Below are positions 62,594 through 64,000 of a stretch of DNA of 64,000 nucleotides, one piece after another. The position numbers were made by a program, and so were the translations under genes. The DNA is from Zygnema circumcarinatum SAG 698-1b. Lineage: Eukaryota > Plantae > Zygnematophyceae. Each line of letters opens with the position of its first letter. The first letter of the stretch is position 1. The notes beneath the pieces were generated by a model that was not told the origin of the DNA, did not search any database, and saw nothing but the letters and a program-made list of their open reading frames with translations. The DNA is taken from NCBI GenBank assembly GCA_037447605.1, contig CM074808.1, positions 2,046,001 to 2,110,000 on the forward strand. The letters are read 5' to 3'.

Positions 62594-63800
62594 ATGAGCA
62601 GTATCGGAACCGGAGTATGTGCTCGCAACACAAATTCAATACCGAAGTTTCGCTCTTTTGCTGGCACCCATTCATTCACAACCTGCTTCCTTTAGAAATC
62701 TTGAATCCCTTTGCTTTTTTTGTGTGTGAATTGAACTCAATTGGAAATAAGTTATGCGTTTTCACATTTCGATGCCGGACCTGTGGCACCGCAGTATGAC
62801 CTCTCCGTGACAACCTATTCACCTGATGGCCGTGTTTTCCAAACTGAATATGCGGCCAAGGCAGTCGATAATAGCGGGTGAGGCAAGAAGTTCCAGCATC
62901 CTCTGTTCACATGGTCACGTGTGGAAGGGGGTATAGTTAGATACTTCTTCTACTTATAAACTTCTGATTGATCCCTCCGTTTTTGCAATCATGGCTAGAT
63001 TGCATTGTTTGTTTCCTGCTCAGCTTCATCTTGGCGTTGAAATTTGCAGGACGGCGGTGGGTATTCGTTGCAAGGATGGAGTTGTCATGGTGAGCATTTT
63101 TTCCAAGCGTTCTCCTGCTTGCCTGCTACCACTTGAAATAAAAGCTTTCGTCATGTGTCGAGGTTTTTTTTCGTACTTAGGGAATTGTTCCTTGTTCTGC
63201 TTAATGAGCTGCAAAGCCCTCAGGAAGAGTGTGTGGTTGCTGAAGAAGTGGTTGCAAACATGCACAAGTAGAATATGGCATGTGTTCAATTTTGCTTAAC
63301 CTTCGGCTACCGATCCTGATCCTGAACTCTGCTTGTATGGCGCGTATAGGGTGTAGAGAAACTTATCATCTCTAAAATGCTGGTGGAGGGTTCCAATCGG
63401 AGAATTCATGCAGTAGAGCGACACGCTGGCATTGTGAGTTGCTGTCAATCGAGCTTTTACCCAGTCTCAGCAGCGACCTGTCCTCATTCTGGATGTACTT
63501 TGTTACACTATTGTTATAGGCCTTGATATTGTCTGGCAGCTGTGAAGGTGATTTACATACCGAAGGTTTATTTCATTCAATGATCTTGATGTGGACGACT
63601 ACCTCATGAAATAGTGAACTTACAAAAGCTGCAGGAAGGTGTTCTCTATTATATGATGATATTTAAGGCAGTGTGAAATCAGTCATTATTTAGAGAATCT
63701 GGTGTTGCTTGGTTGGGAGAGTATAGGCTATGGCTGGCCTTGTAGCAGACGGGCGACAGGTTGTGAATCGAGGGCGACAAGAAGCCAACGCCTACAAGAG
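62594..63800 (+). CDS. PAG1: 20S proteasome subunit alpha7 (alpha type-3), 5' part; gene continues beyond the window
   Basis: Exons 62594-62614, 62795-62877, 63050-63089, 63350-63433, 63727-63800 give [91 protein letters not shown]. Confidence 0.95.
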
Positions 63801-64000
63801 GTAGTCTCCGTTTCATGAAGCCCAGTCTATAGGAAGCCGGAATTCATGCTTAGACTTTTACTTCTCTGGCCTCACTGGTTAGGTCAGTTTAGTCATTGTA
63901 TATCGAAAGAGGTGACCAAACGCAGAAGTCTTTAATGTGTGTCTTTGTCCGTTTGTCCTGCGACTTGTCGGCCTTCTCTGTCGCTGGATAGCATTCTTTC

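Overview
This is a eukaryotic, intron-rich, moderately GC-rich window from the green-plant lineage, most likely a streptophyte alga. That assignment is inferred from plant-type genes occurring together with VPS10, which angiosperms lack. Seven multi-exon genes are well supported: a DM13-DOMON-DOMON-cytochrome b561 protein (1397-9537 +), a group C TEY MAP kinase (19327-20627 -), a VPS13B/COH1-type lipid-transfer protein (22810-38093 +), a VPS10/sortilin-type receptor (40312-48672 +), a DUF4188/af470-like protein (51708-52899 +), a plastid FAD-dependent oxidoreductase (53709-59290 -) and LSM5 (59827-61326 +). The 5' part of proteasome alpha7/PAG1 (62594 to beyond the window end) is also clear. 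Two weaker gene models are a probable first exon at the left edge and a predicted two-exon disordered protein (12357-14144) with an N-myristoylation start and a WxPxLxxIxE motif. The intergenic regions carry transposon debris: Mutator-like (MULE) ends and transposase remnants, Tc1/pogo-type MITEs, four 5'-truncated copies of a restriction-like-endonuclease (CRE-like) LINE sharing a 3' stem-loop, and several satellites. The most structured element is a 1.5-kb nested MULE (49959-51479) with a 9-bp TSD that contains a LINE with a 10-bp TSD and a MITE. No rRNA, tRNA or CRISPR features were found. All homology calls are from motif recognition by eye, not from database searches.
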